From assembly GCF_001194135.2 (NCBI RefSeq), contig NC_068982.1:115505428-115568581 (forward strand): a stretch of 63,154 bases of DNA, read 5' to 3'. This document shows, piece by piece, positions 22,136 through 34,563 of this stretch. Each line of letters begins with the position of its first letter. Position 1 is the first letter of the stretch. The stretch comes from Octopus bimaculoides. Taxonomy: Eukaryota. Position numbers and translations under genes: made by a program. The notes under the pieces were generated by a model. It did no database searches. It worked only from the letters and a program-made list of their open reading frames with translations, and was not told the origin of the DNA.

Positions 22136-24894
22136 CATATATTTTGCTATATTTAATTTTTTTTGTAGCTTCAGTTAATTTTGGTACAGATATATGTATT
22201 TTTTTAAACTTTCACAAAAAAATTATTAACACATTTGTTATTCTAATTATACAAAATATGTTCACTGTAGTCTGTGGTAAGGATTCTTCAGCTCATCATT
22301 CTGAGTGATCCCTTTATATATTTAGGGTCCTTTTTAAAATGAGTTGGGTTTATTGGCAATACTTATTGTTTCACTTTTGATCCTGCAGACTTCAGATTGA
22401 AGGTGTTCAGTTGTGCTCATTCAGTTATTTTTTGGACATTTTGTATCTCAAACTATATTGTCCAATGTGTCCTTTTTTCAAGGTGGTAGGGATGATTCTG
22501 TGGAGGTGGATGTTCATTGCTAGTTTTAGCAGGTCAGGCATAGATGCTCCTTCTTTGGTTTGATTTTGTTTTATTAGGATTGATGTAGTAATATTTAGAC
22601 ATTGAACGGCAGTGTACCAAAGAGTGCATGAAATGTCTCATCTGATTGAATTGTCTGCCTATTCACTTATAATAGTGTTGAAAACTCAAAAAGTGTCAGT
22701 CTCTCTTTACCACTCACAGTAGTTGTGACTGAGACCTACACAAACCATAATTTATGGACATGTGAGTTGCACTAACTAGACAGTTGTTTAAATTACTACT
22801 TTCTCAATAAATTACTACTTTCTCAACAATTATTCCCTTCTGTCCTCTCTTGTAGAATTTCTCAATTGGTTTGGGGTTAGGATATATTGCTTTTTGTTTT
22901 TTTTACATTTTTTTTTTTAACTTTTGTTTGATGTTTTTCAGTTTTCCTGTTGGTTCATACTTTTATATACTTTCTTCCCTTTCAGAATTTTTTTTTTTTT
23001 TTCAGAAAAATAAAATAAATTATTATTACCATTGTTCATTTTTCATTATGTTCATTCTGTAGTGCATTCAATCTCATTTAAGGTGATTTTGCCTTTCAGA
23101 CTTTGAAAAATGATAAAATAAGCAGTATCTAGATATTGGGATTGATTGAAGCTAGTAATTCTGCTCTGCTCCCCAGATATCTGGTCTGTATGGGTGTAAG
23201 AAAAGAGCAACTGACAAATTCATTTGTAGTATTTAGTTATGTCTGTATTTTGAGGCCGGCTTTATTCTTCATCTTTCCAAGGTTGATAATATATATACCA
23301 GACAAGTGCTGGGGTTGATTTAATCAAGTATACACCATGCAGAATTTCTATATTTGTTCCAGTGTTAGAAATGTGATTATATTAAATTGTATAGCATCAA
23401 TCTACACATATTTAGTTTCACCCTTCCACACACCTTGCTACTAAAACTACTGTGTCAGACTAAATGTTTAGTTTCACCGTCTTCTCCCCCACACATAAGT
23501 TTAAATCTTGCCAATGTTACTTAGGTCATACTTTTCAGATCAATAAAATATTACTAATAATATACTGCAGTCTATTCAATCACTTTTACCAAACACTGGC
23601 TTTGAGTTTAGCCAAAAGAACTTCATATTTGTTACCATTGCTATTAATTACGGATAGCTAAGTTTTTATTTCCATATAAGCTTGATAAAATACATACCAA
23701 TAAGATTGCTTTGTTTTATTTGTCTTAGATGATAGAATGTATTGGAGGAGTATGGATTCAGTTGTTTGTACTGTTTCTTTACAAAAATGACTTGGTAAAG
23801 AGAGGTTGTAAATTATTATTGTGGCTAATTTGGTTTTCATTATCTTCAATTAACATTCTTAATTTAAGGAATAAGATCAGTAACTCTAAAGTTCGTAAAC
23901 TGATAAAGTACTAGTAAAGCATTATGATTATTTACTTATTAGCATTATTGCCTTAGTAAAGACTAACTATTTGGATTTGCGTATGTAAATGTACTCTGTT
24001 AATTTCTTTTGTGCGATCTTTGATTCTTGTAGTGGAAAATCAGTTTTCTTTTTGAATATAAAGACATTACAGACGAGTAGTATTAATACATGACCCAATT
24101 ATCAAAAAGATCGTCTGTACAAAAGCTTGAATACTAGAATTCCTTTTGAAGCTTCATGTAACAAAAAAGTCTCAGTTTGAAGAGAAGTTTCTGTTGTTGG
24201 GTTTTGTTTATCCCCATGTTTCCTTGAAAGTAAGTCTACCACCTGTCAGTAACTGCTCACATTTCAGTTTTGAGTCTCTTTTCTCTAGTAAAGCTGTTAC
24301 ATTAGAGGGACATAAGCAGTTACAGTGTTCACAAGTTTGTTGTCAATCCCTTTTGTTTTTATCATTGAAAGCAGGTGTACTTAGAATTGTATTTTATAAA
24401 GATTGTTACCACTTGATAGCAAAACAAGTAGATGTTATCTGGGAAACTAAGTTGGTTACTTATTAAAAGTTTGTGTTTGTGTGTAAATATATACATGTGT
24501 GTGTGTGTATATATATATTTATAATAAACTTGTTTGCCATATGTGACCTTATTGTAGTGACTAATGAATTAACAGGAATGAACAAGTGAATGCTGAGTGC
24601 CAGGCTTAAGTGAAATGATAGTGATAATGATTTTAAATATTGACTGGAATTTACAAATTTCAAAGATGACATATAGTTAATTCAATTCATTCCAGTTACC
24701 TGATTTGTACATACATTATAGGTCCTGTAATTTACATGATTGATTGGTCCTGTTGGGATGAAAAGCAAAGTTGATCTGGATAATGTCTGAACTCTGAATG
24801 TAGTTAGTGAAAGATATTTACTGCATACCATAATGATGATTGTTTTAAATAGGCATAAAGCCACAAATTTAGTGGGCTGGGGAAAAATCAATTA

Positions 24895-25050
24895 TCTTGA
24901 CCTCAATACTTGACAGGTACTTTTTATCAACCTTTGTAGGATGAAAGACAAAGTTGACTTCGATGGGAATTGAACCCAGAATGTAAAGGATTGTAACTAA
25001 ATATTGCAATGTGTTTTAATCAGTTCCTCAACAATTCTGCTACCCTTTCC
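24895..25050 (-). mobile_element. Family-2 tRNA-derived (CORE-like) SINE relic; related relics ~31660-31760 (-) and 49850-50145 (+)
   Basis: gtactttttatcaacctttgtaggatgaaagacaaagttgacttcgatgggaattgaacccagaa, the reverse complement of ttctgagttca...gactttcat...ggggtcagtaaaataaagtacc at 49.9-50.1 kb. Confidence 0.65.
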
Positions 25051-25968
25051 AAAAGTATTAATATTGCAAATGCCAAAACAGACACGGAAGTATAGTGCAG
25101 TCTTCTACCTGGCCCAACCCATGCCAGCATGGAAGGATGTTAAATGATGATATCATTAGTGTATATATGTCACATTTTAATATGGTCCCTCTGCTTCAAT
25201 GCCTTTTATAATGCAAATCATTTTACAGAGTGTAGATTAAAGTAATTCACATAAGTCTTATGAGCAAGGTTTGAACTAAAATATTGTAAAATTTTATTTA
25301 CTTTGGTAAGAAATGTGAAGAATCTAAAAGCCAACTTAACTTTTGATTCATAATGACTCTTTGTCAATTATTTTATTCATTCTTCTTAATTTCTTAATCT
25401 CTCTAAAATCTTTTCTCACTTCAGAATTTCCTTTTTAGCCTTATGTTCACTGAGATAATAGATCTGAATATTTTAAATCCAATATCAACTGTTCAGTATC
25501 AACACTAAGAAGACTAAAATTCTTGCTACTCAGAGTATTTTAGTGGTATTCAAATAATTTTATGACCTGTTTTATTTCTTTAAATTTGTTTTATAAGGGT
25601 ACAATGGAGAATATATTTTTATTTTGTGATACATCTGATTTAATGTACTTGAAGAAAAGACTGGTTGATCAAGTTTTCCAACAGAAGTTATTTGAACACT
25701 GCTCAATAGCGTTCCTATGAACTGGTCGTAGGTGTACAAGACTTTAGAGCTGGTCTTTCTAAGAATGAATAGCTGAACTGATTTTATGTCTGTTTAAAAT
25801 GGTAATGATTATTATTAATGATAGATATGTTAATGATAAAGAAAAGTGGGAACTAGATTTTCAGGAAACAAATAATGGTGTCTGTAAAAGTAGCCTTAAA
25901 ATGTTTTGTGCATTGTGAGGAGAGGTGAATTCTAATGTTTTGTTATATAAATGATAAGTTGGTTAAAA

Positions 25969-26278
25969 GGTGGCACATGAAAAAAACATTCAAGTGAGGT
26001 CGTTACAAGTGCCGCTGGACTGGCTCCTGTGCAGGTGACACGTAGAGAACATCATTTCAGCGTGCCCATTGCCAGTACCGCCAGACTGGCCCTTGTGCCG
26101 GTGGCACGTAAAAGCACCCACTACACTCTCAGAGTGGTTGACGTTAGGAAGGGCATCCAGCTGTAGAAACTCTGCCAGATCAGATTGGAGCCTGGTGCAG
26201 CCATCTGGTTCGCCAGTCCTCAGTCAAATCGTCCAACCCATTCTAGCATGGAAAGCAGACGTTAAACGATGATGATGA
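25969..26278 (+). mobile_element. RTE LINE 3'UTR fragment
   Basis: Two hairpin modules, then aaagcacccactacactctcagagtggttgacgttaggaagggcatccagctgtagaaac...gttaaac(gat)n. Confidence 0.9.
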
Positions 26279-26402
26279 AAGAATGCTTAAATTTAAATGT
26301 TGCAGTTATTTAAATCCAAATGATATAATCATTGTGAAATAAAGTTGAACTTGAAATTTCAAATGTTATTAACACTCCTTTCATTTGTTTTTAAAATTAG
26401 GG

Positions 26403-26628
26403 TTGAACCCGCTAGAATTCAGATTACTCTGTCAAGTGTAATATTTATTTATTTACATTGTTTTGAATTAATCATTCATTATCTCATAGCTTTGAGTTTT
26501 TGATGATGTGATAATTTATTTTTAGAATGACATTGTAGGGTAGGTGTAGGAGGCCAGATTTAGCCATCAAACAAGTAGAATATTTAGCCCCAAAATGACC
26601 AGTCTAAATTTAAATGTTAGAATAGGGG
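26403..26628. repeat. Unclassified ~220-bp interspersed repeat (MITE-like); second copy ~40665-40822
   Basis: Shared core tttatttttagaatgacat...aggc(c/t)agat..a(g/c)c and similar ends. Confidence 0.5.
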
Positions 26629-27197
26629 CCAGTTGAGTGTTTTAGCTGAAATCCTACAAAACTATATTTTATTCTTACTAGTTTTGCTAAAGTACTTAGA
26701 TTTAGTCAACTGATTATAATTTTCTTATTTGAAGAAATATTTTGCATATTTATTTTACTCAGTTCTCTGCAAGTAGGTTTATATTATATCTGTATAGTGT
26801 AATTGTTGATTCTTAAGTAACTACTGGCAGTTGTGATTTTTAGTTTTGAATGAAGTCAAAAGTAATTCAGTTGCGATAGTTGGCTGGTTGTTGTTAGTAT
26901 TGATTCCTTGTTGCAAGGAAGCATTGTCCCATTGTCATGAGCAAGTATTATTAGTTTGGCTTTATTTTAGGATTATAGCATTTTTGTAGAGTACATTGAC
27001 TGTAGTAATATCTTATTTTTCTGAGTTTAATGTGAAATTCAAAATGAATATAAAAATGTTAAACTTAAAAAAATATAAGTTCAGGATTTTCTACTCTAAG
27101 ATAGTGTATGAATATGATAAATTGTTCATCTGGGTATTATTGTTTTCTAGTAATTAAGTCTAGCAAAGATTTGTTTTTACTTAAAAATGCAAATAGT

Positions 27198-28005
27198 ATC
27201 ATCATCATCATCATCGTTTAACGTCCGCTTTCCATGCTAGCATGGGTTGGACGATTTGACTGAGGACTGGTGAAACCGGATGGCAACACCAGGCTCCAAT
27301 CTAATTTGGCAGAGTTTCTACAGCTGGATGCCCTTCCTAACGCCAACCACTCAGAGAGTGTAGTGGGTGCTTTTACGTGTCACCCGCACGAAAACGGCCA
27401 CGCTCGAAATGGTGTCTTTTATGTGCCNNNNNNNNNNNNNNNNNNNNNNNNNNNNNNNNNNNNNNNNNNNNNNNNNNNNNNNNNNNNNNNNNNNNNNNNN
27501 NNNNNNNNNNNNNNNNNNNNNNNNNNNNNNNNNNNNNNNNNNNNNNNNNNNNNNNNNNNNNNNNNNNNNNNNNNNNNNNNNNNNNNNNNNNNNNNNNNNN
27601 NNNNNNNNNNNNNNNNNNNNNNNNNNNNNNNNNNNNNNNNNNNNNNNNNNTGGCTTGCCGGGTCTTCTCACGCACAGCACATTTCCAAAGGTCTCGGTCA
27701 GTAGTCATCGCCTCGGTGAGGCCCAATGTACGAAGGTCTTGCCTCACCACCTCAGCCCAGGTCTTCCTGGGCCTACCTCTTCCACGGGTTCCCTCAACTG
27801 TTAGGGTGTGGCACTTTTTCACGCAGCTATCCTCATCCATTCTCACCACATGTCCATACCAGCGCAATCGTCTCTCTTGCACACCACAACTGATGCTTCT
27901 AATGTTCAGCTTTTCTCTCAAGATACTTACACTCTGACGGGTATTCACATTGACATTACACATCCAACGGAGCATACTGGCTTCATTCCTTGCGAGCTTA
28001 CGTAT
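27198..28005 (-). mobile_element. Young 5'-truncated RTE LINE (gap inside)
   Basis: IRKLARNEASMLRWMC...RLRWYGHVVRM...GRGRPRKTW...; (ATC)n tail at left. Confidence 0.95.
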
Positions 28006-28406
28006 CTGCATTAATATTATATACTGTTGTCTTTTACACAATATTTACTTTTGTGTTTTGTCTTTCCATTAGTGTTTACTTAACCTTTTAAACCTGTTAT
28101 GAATATTAGATGTTTTCTCATGTTCATTGTAGGACATTTTTATTGATTTTGTGTATGTTTTGACATTTTTCTATTTTCCTCTATGGCATCTAGGGTCATA
28201 TTTAGGTTAGGGGTTTAGAGGAAAACAAGTTAGGGGTTTAGGAGAAAAAATGATTTTTGTGCAGTAATGTATTACGTTGAATACAAGCCATTGACATGTT
28301 TTCAATATTGACTGCAAGCAAGCTGTTGCTATCATCTGAACAATACTGGTGCAGATTAGAATAGTCTTGATACTACATCTTCTACATGGATTGATATGTG
28401 AATTAC

Positions 28407-29431
28407 ACAGCCATGCTACATGGCAGTGAAACATGGGCTGTAACTGCTGAGGACATACGTAAGCTCGCAAGGAATGAAGCCAGTATGCTCCGTTGGATGT
28501 GTAATGTCAATGTGAATACCCGTCAGAGTGTAAGTATCTTGAGAGAAAAGCTGAACATTAGAAGCATCAGTTGTGGTGTGCAAGAGAGACGATTGCGCTG
28601 GTATGGACATGTGGTGAGAATGGATGAGGATAGCTGCGTGAAAAAGTGCCACACCCTAACAGTTGAGGGAACCCGTGGAAGAGGTAGGCCCAGGAAGACC
28701 TGGGCTGAGGTGGTGAGGCAAGACCTTCGTACATTGGNNNNNNNNNNNNNNNNNNNNNNNNNNNNNNNNNNNNNNNNNNNNNNNNNNNNNNNNNNNNNNN
28801 NNNNNNNNNNNNNNNNNNNNNNNNNNNNNNNNNNNNNNNNNNNNNNNNNNNNNNNNNNNNNNNNNNNNNNNNNNNNNNNNNNNNNNNNNNNNNNNNNNNN
28901 NNNNNNNNNNNNNNNNNNNNNNNNNNNNNNNNNNNNNNNNNNNNNNNNNNNNNNNNNNNNNNNNNNNNNNNNNNNNNNNNNNNNNNNNNNNNNNNNNNNN
29001 NNNNNNNNNNNNNNNNNNNNNNNNNNNNNNNNNNNNNNNNNNNNNNNNNNNNNNNNNNNNNNNNNNNNNNNNNNNNNNNNNNNNNNNNNNNNNNNNNNNN
29101 NNNNNNNNNNNNNNNNNNNNNNNNNNNNNNNNNNNNNNNNNNNNNNNNNNNNNNNNNNNNNNNNNNNNNNNNNNNNNNNNNNNNNNNGGGTGGCACATAA
29201 AAGACACCGTTTCGAGCGTGGCCGTTGCCAGTATCGCCTGACTGGCCTTCGTGCAGGTGACACGTTAAAGCACCTACTACACTCTCTGAGTGGTTGGCGT
29301 TAGGAAGGGCATCCAACTGTAGAAACTCTGCCAAATTTAGATTGGAGCCTGGTGTTGCCATCCGGTTTCACCAGTCCTCAGTCAAGTCGTCCAACCCATG
29401 CTAGCATGGAAAGCGGACGTTAAATGATGAC

Positions 29432-29464
<33 letters not shown>
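28407..29464 (+). mobile_element. Young 5'-truncated RTE LINE (gap inside)
   Basis: AMLHGSETWAVTAEDIRKL...GRPRKTWAEVVRQDLRTL; tail with (GAT)n. Confidence 0.95.
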
Positions 29465-29465
<1 letters not shown>

Positions 29466-32099
29466 GTGTAATCTATCAGTGTGGTAAATGCTGGTCCAAA
29501 ATGCTGGTCAGAAGTCTGAATACAAAGATGAAATTTAGTATTTTTTTAATAGTATATTTTTATATAATGATAAACACTAATTAGCTACTTGATATTTGCA
29601 ACTAACTAAGTGAATTTATATCATGGTTTGTGAATGATGAAATAATCTATTATATAAATATTTCATAATTTCAACTGACATGTATGGTTCTATGTACATT
29701 TATATAGATTTATGGAATTGTCATCTAATAAAAGGGGTTCAAATTGTTGCTTTATATGGCAGTGTACTCACATTGGACATTTACTAGTATCATACAAACA
29801 TGCTAGCAGCAATAAAATGCTGTTGACAAGGCTTTATTTCATTAGTAAAATGTCTACTGAAGAAAATCAAAGGCTATTTGGGAAAACATTCAAGAATCAT
29901 CTTCAGTTTTGTAGGAATTTTACAAATTAGACTAAGATCTAGTTTAAAGTTGTGATCAGGCTGAGATATCCATATCCATTTAACAAGCTGTATCTAACAC
30001 TATACAGCTGTTGAGTTGCTTGTTTGAATCTGGTCAAATGTAGCTGAACAGATTCATCTTAACAGTATTGCTACTCTCTGAATCTTCCTTCATCACTGTT
30101 AAATTAAGTCCATTTTCCTCTGGAAACTAAACAATCCAATAACTTAATAAACTTATTCAAAGGTATTAATATTATTAATAGGTAACATATATACTAAGTT
30201 GTTTGTTCATCTTCCTAACAACTTCAGCTTCTCTTATTTGGAATCACTTAGTCTATCAACTATCTGATCAAAAGCAACTCTTTTGGTCATGGGGCTGTAG
30301 AAATTTGCTTTTGTTTTCTGTTGTTTTCTACAGATGGATATGATACTTAATGAAGATTTGATATGTATTACCTTATCTAAGTATTAAGTAAGTGTTGACT
30401 TAAGTGAAAATAATGAAATATTTGCAGTAGATATAAACACTTGTCTGGGAATTGGTTGTGCAGTTCAGTACTTTGTTCATTCAGTTATCTTACCTCATGA
30501 AATGAATTAGTAATGTCCTTCTTCAATTGGCTAATTTGTATTAAATTTTTAATAATCTTGAGTATTTTTAAAACTTGGTTAGTAATTAGTCTGAGAGAAA
30601 AGATTTTAAGACTAGCATCCTCCATTTGTGATTCAATGTGATGTACTTGTACATGAAAATCTAAGAAAAAAACAAGTAATATGCTTTGAGTGATGTTGCA
30701 AATAAATACTAGGAACTCAGCTGTTATAATTTACAGATGAATTGTTATTCATGTGAATAATGTCTGCTTCTAATTTAGATAAGAACACTAACTACAGAGC
30801 TGAAGGTCAAGCACAGATATAACTTAAAGGAAAATATGCCAGTTAGTAGGGGTGAGAGTGAGGGAAAGATGTTTAAAAAGAACCTTGGCATGGAGATTTA
30901 AAAAGAGAATTGAAGAGCCTGTTGGTAGCTGCTGAAGTTGTAGCATTTGACACAGTCTGTATTTGATGAGCCATCTATTATCTGAAAAACTAAGTTTGGC
31001 TGTAAAATACTTGCCTATAAAAATTTGGAATGGCTCCTTAAAGTATGATTCTATTTCCATTGGAATATCAAAAGTATAGATTTCAAATTTGTACAAAATG
31101 GTAAATTTAATCCATGCCTTCACTAGCCTTGAATGCCTAGTTCTTGCAACGATTCAAGTCATGTTTCTGGTTTGAGGATAAATTTCACTTTTCTCCCAGC
31201 AGACATGGAATCCTACAAAAGGCCCTGGGTGCTGCTCCTGCTGTTCTAAGTTGTAAAAAAAATGTAATTGAAACAGCTTTGAAGAATAAATCTGCAAAAG
31301 TGTCTTCAACATAGAAATAGACTAGAGTGTGTAATGTCAAAATTGAAACATATTTTCATTAATGGAATAATTTGTTTCCCTAATTGGAGATAACAATATT
31401 GTTTACAACAAATTTTGAAAAGATAATTACTCAGATTTAAGAGCTCTTGAAAATATGGAGGAGAATGTAATGCCAGTAATAGAGAGTAAGGCTTAACCTT
31501 TCAAAAGCTTCCATTTTATCTTGAACAATCACAAATGAAATCACACAACACATATATTTAAGAAAAAAATTTAATGGTTGGGTATTGCTGATGTCTCCAG
31601 GAAATAGTTTTCCCTTTTATTTTTACATGTCAACATTGCTATTGTACAGAAATAATAATTCTGGTGGATCCCTAAAAGATGAAAGACAAAGTCAGTCTTA
31701 GTAGGATTTGAACATGGAATGAATAGAGACATTACTATATACTGCAAGGAAATTTTATCATTTGCTCTCTTGATGTCTGCTATAAACTTTTCTAATAAGA
31801 AGCTGCTTATAACATTGCAGAACAGTATTTGTATAATCTGATTAAGAGTTAATTAAAAGAAACTTCTACTTCCAATAGATATCCAGTTTTTACTTTTTAC
31901 TGGCTCAAACAATTTTAATTCCAGTTTTTGTTCTCTCTCTCTCTCTCTCTCTCTGTAGCTCACTCTCACTGTGAGTGTGTGCTTTAAATTTGAATAGTTG
32001 TTTTGACTATAAATGTCTAAACTAAAAATGTAAGAGAAACAATTAGGAACAGTAAAATAATCTCTTGAAATATTTTTATTGTATTTTCTTTAATTCCAG

Positions 32100-32149
32100 T
32101 GGTCTTCTTGAACAACTTGAAAAAAAAAAAAAAAAAAGAACTGAGAAAG
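32100..32149 (+). other. Candidate 50-nt non-coding 5'UTR exon
   Basis: Pyrimidine tract plus ttccag| acceptor, AAG|GTAGGT donor, no ATG. Confidence 0.35.
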
Positions 32150-33199
32150 GTAGGTATTAAACACAATTTTTTTTTTCACATAAAGTTCTAGTTTTAATAG
32201 TGTTGTGAATGAATACCCTTCAAATAAAAAATTATTTTAAAAAGCTGTTAAAATGCCCAGTTACTGATTTGTATAGGAAGCAGTTAATCTTCTGTTAAGG
32301 AAAAAAGAAACTGTCTTATGAGTAATTTCAATCTTGGGTTAGTGGTTCATGTGAGATAGTCATATGATGCCTGTTATTAAATTATTTATTTCTGCAGTGT
32401 AGAGTTCAACACTGGATTGACTTCTGTCGCTATTTGATTTTAAAAAAATTTGACTGAAATACTGAAAATATGTAACACTCTCTTCAAATAAATTCATTCA
32501 TATGTTATTAAACAGAATTTCACAAGGGAACATGTTGAATTTCTGTTTAATAAATTTAATTCAATTCCTACAATGTGTTTTGTATTTTAACTTCAGGATA
32601 TTCTGGTGTTCACAATTACTGACTTTAAATCACATAAAATTTTCGTCATCATACATTGTTATAAATCTGCTGTATTTTGCTTAGCCTTTTTGAGTTATTT
32701 TTTGTTTCAGTTAATTGTTGCACATGTTTTGACGGGACAAGCAATATGTGCGCAGTTCACTTATATCCTGATGCTATTCTGCATCTCTGCTGCAATTCTA
32801 TTGATTTCATGTTGATTGCTTTGTCTGAATCATAGCATCTACACACATACACACATTGTGTATTGATGTATACGTGTGTTTGTACAAGTATATTTGTGTA
32901 TACACACACATACACACAAGTGTGTATGTGTATATATATGTGCATGTGTGTGTTTGTACATGTATGTGTGTACACACACACACACACACACACACACTTG
33001 ATTGTGTTGCTCTCCCTGTAAGCCATTACCTGAATTATTTTTATCTAACTATTCCTGATTGTTGGCATTTCTGTGTACAGGTTATTTTGAAGCCACTCTT
33101 CTATAAATTCAGGCGTTGTGTTGAATATTTTACTGTTTTCTCCATGTACTGTTAGCATTGACAGAGTTGCTTGCAATCATAGTAGCAGTAGCCATTTGT

Positions 33200-33487
33200 G
33201 AGATCTACTTGTCGCTATGCAACTGATGACGTTGTTATTGGCTGCTGCTGTATTGATCAATCATTACTAGGTTCGGTGTGATGAGCTGTGCAGCTTGGCA
33301 GCAAGCTGCTGACACTTTTCCTTATAGACATATTTTCTTTATAATCAGCTGCCCATGTTTAAATGCCCTTTCCTTAATCAGTACCCTGATGTATTTGCCC
33401 TGTTAATAATTAGCCTCATTTTGGCCTATCTGATTTATTACGGTTTATATTGTCTTTTTCTTTACTTATTAACTATCAAGAAAGAAG
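33200..33487 (+). promoter_or_regulatory. Candidate alternative promoter/first exon
   Basis: TGACGT 33227, ATTGG 33237, locally GC-richer, consensus donor AAG|GTAAGT at 33487/33488. Confidence 0.3.
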
Positions 33488-34523
33488 GTAAGTTGTTTTT
33501 CATGCATTCATCTAGATCAACTTGTAAACTCTGTTGCTAATTGCATTTGTACTATAATTTCTAGTGGTTGTTGAGAATTTTACCATTGCACTAGACACAT
33601 GCCCACACATACACACACTTACATCTGCATAACACACACCTGCACACACCTCATCTGAACTGTTAACTATATTCTCCAGGCAGACTAGCCTCTTTCATTG
33701 CGACCATTTTCCACTTAGGAATTGATTGACCGTGGAAACTTTTTTATGCAACCACTCTTGTTGTTTTAGCAAGCTGATAAATATTTTTGGGTTACGCCTG
33801 TTTCATCAAGACCATAGCTATTATTATTGTTATTGTTGTTGTTTTATGATGGACTTTCAAGGTGACTTTTTCCACAGACAGATCTATTCCAAGTGATGGA
33901 ATTTGCTCTGTTTAAACTGCTGATGTAATCTTATAATGGTTATAAATTTATTTTTTAACACTTTCTTAACTTATGGTAATCATTCTAATGTAATTTTATT
34001 TACTCATTAAAAGAAGTGAATTTAGAATTGTAAATATACCATATCTCTATTTTCTCATGAAATCTCTTGTAAATTCATACTATTTAGACATCACTATATA
34101 AATTTATTTTGATTTTTTTTTTTTTTCAGTATGTATTTTTCATAATTCTACTGTAAGTTAATTCTATAAGTATGATGTTAGATTCCATTGCTCTCAATGG
34201 ATTCATCACTTGTCTACCCACTACGTAGCTATTTATTTCTGTCTCTAGCTTGATTTGTAAGGCAGAAACTTGAGTAATTAATCATAGATACATTTTTTTT
34301 TTTGTATTCTTGATTATGCATTTAAGAATTTTTTATGCACATAGATACACACACATAAATGTACTTGCGAACATACATGAGCCACATACAATCGTACATA
34401 CAATTATACATATATACATAGCAAACTATTTTTATCTTTTGCTGCAGACAGACAAGCTATGACTTCATGTTATTCATATTCATTATAATGCAACATAAAA
34501 TTATTTTCTCTTTCTCATATATG

Positions 34524-34563
<40 letters not shown>

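Noticed and set aside
28200-28242. Telomere-like TTAGG(G) motifs in the inverted-repeat spacer
   Set aside because: Only a few imperfect units; similar bits occur elsewhere (~2525, ~5630).
33355-33540. Hydrophobic ORF as a membrane-anchored spectrin N-terminus
   Set aside because: 133 nt to the donor is phase 1, but the ATG exon needs phase 0 (and that frame opens with TGA). It is out of frame, and the hydrophobicity reflects T-richness.
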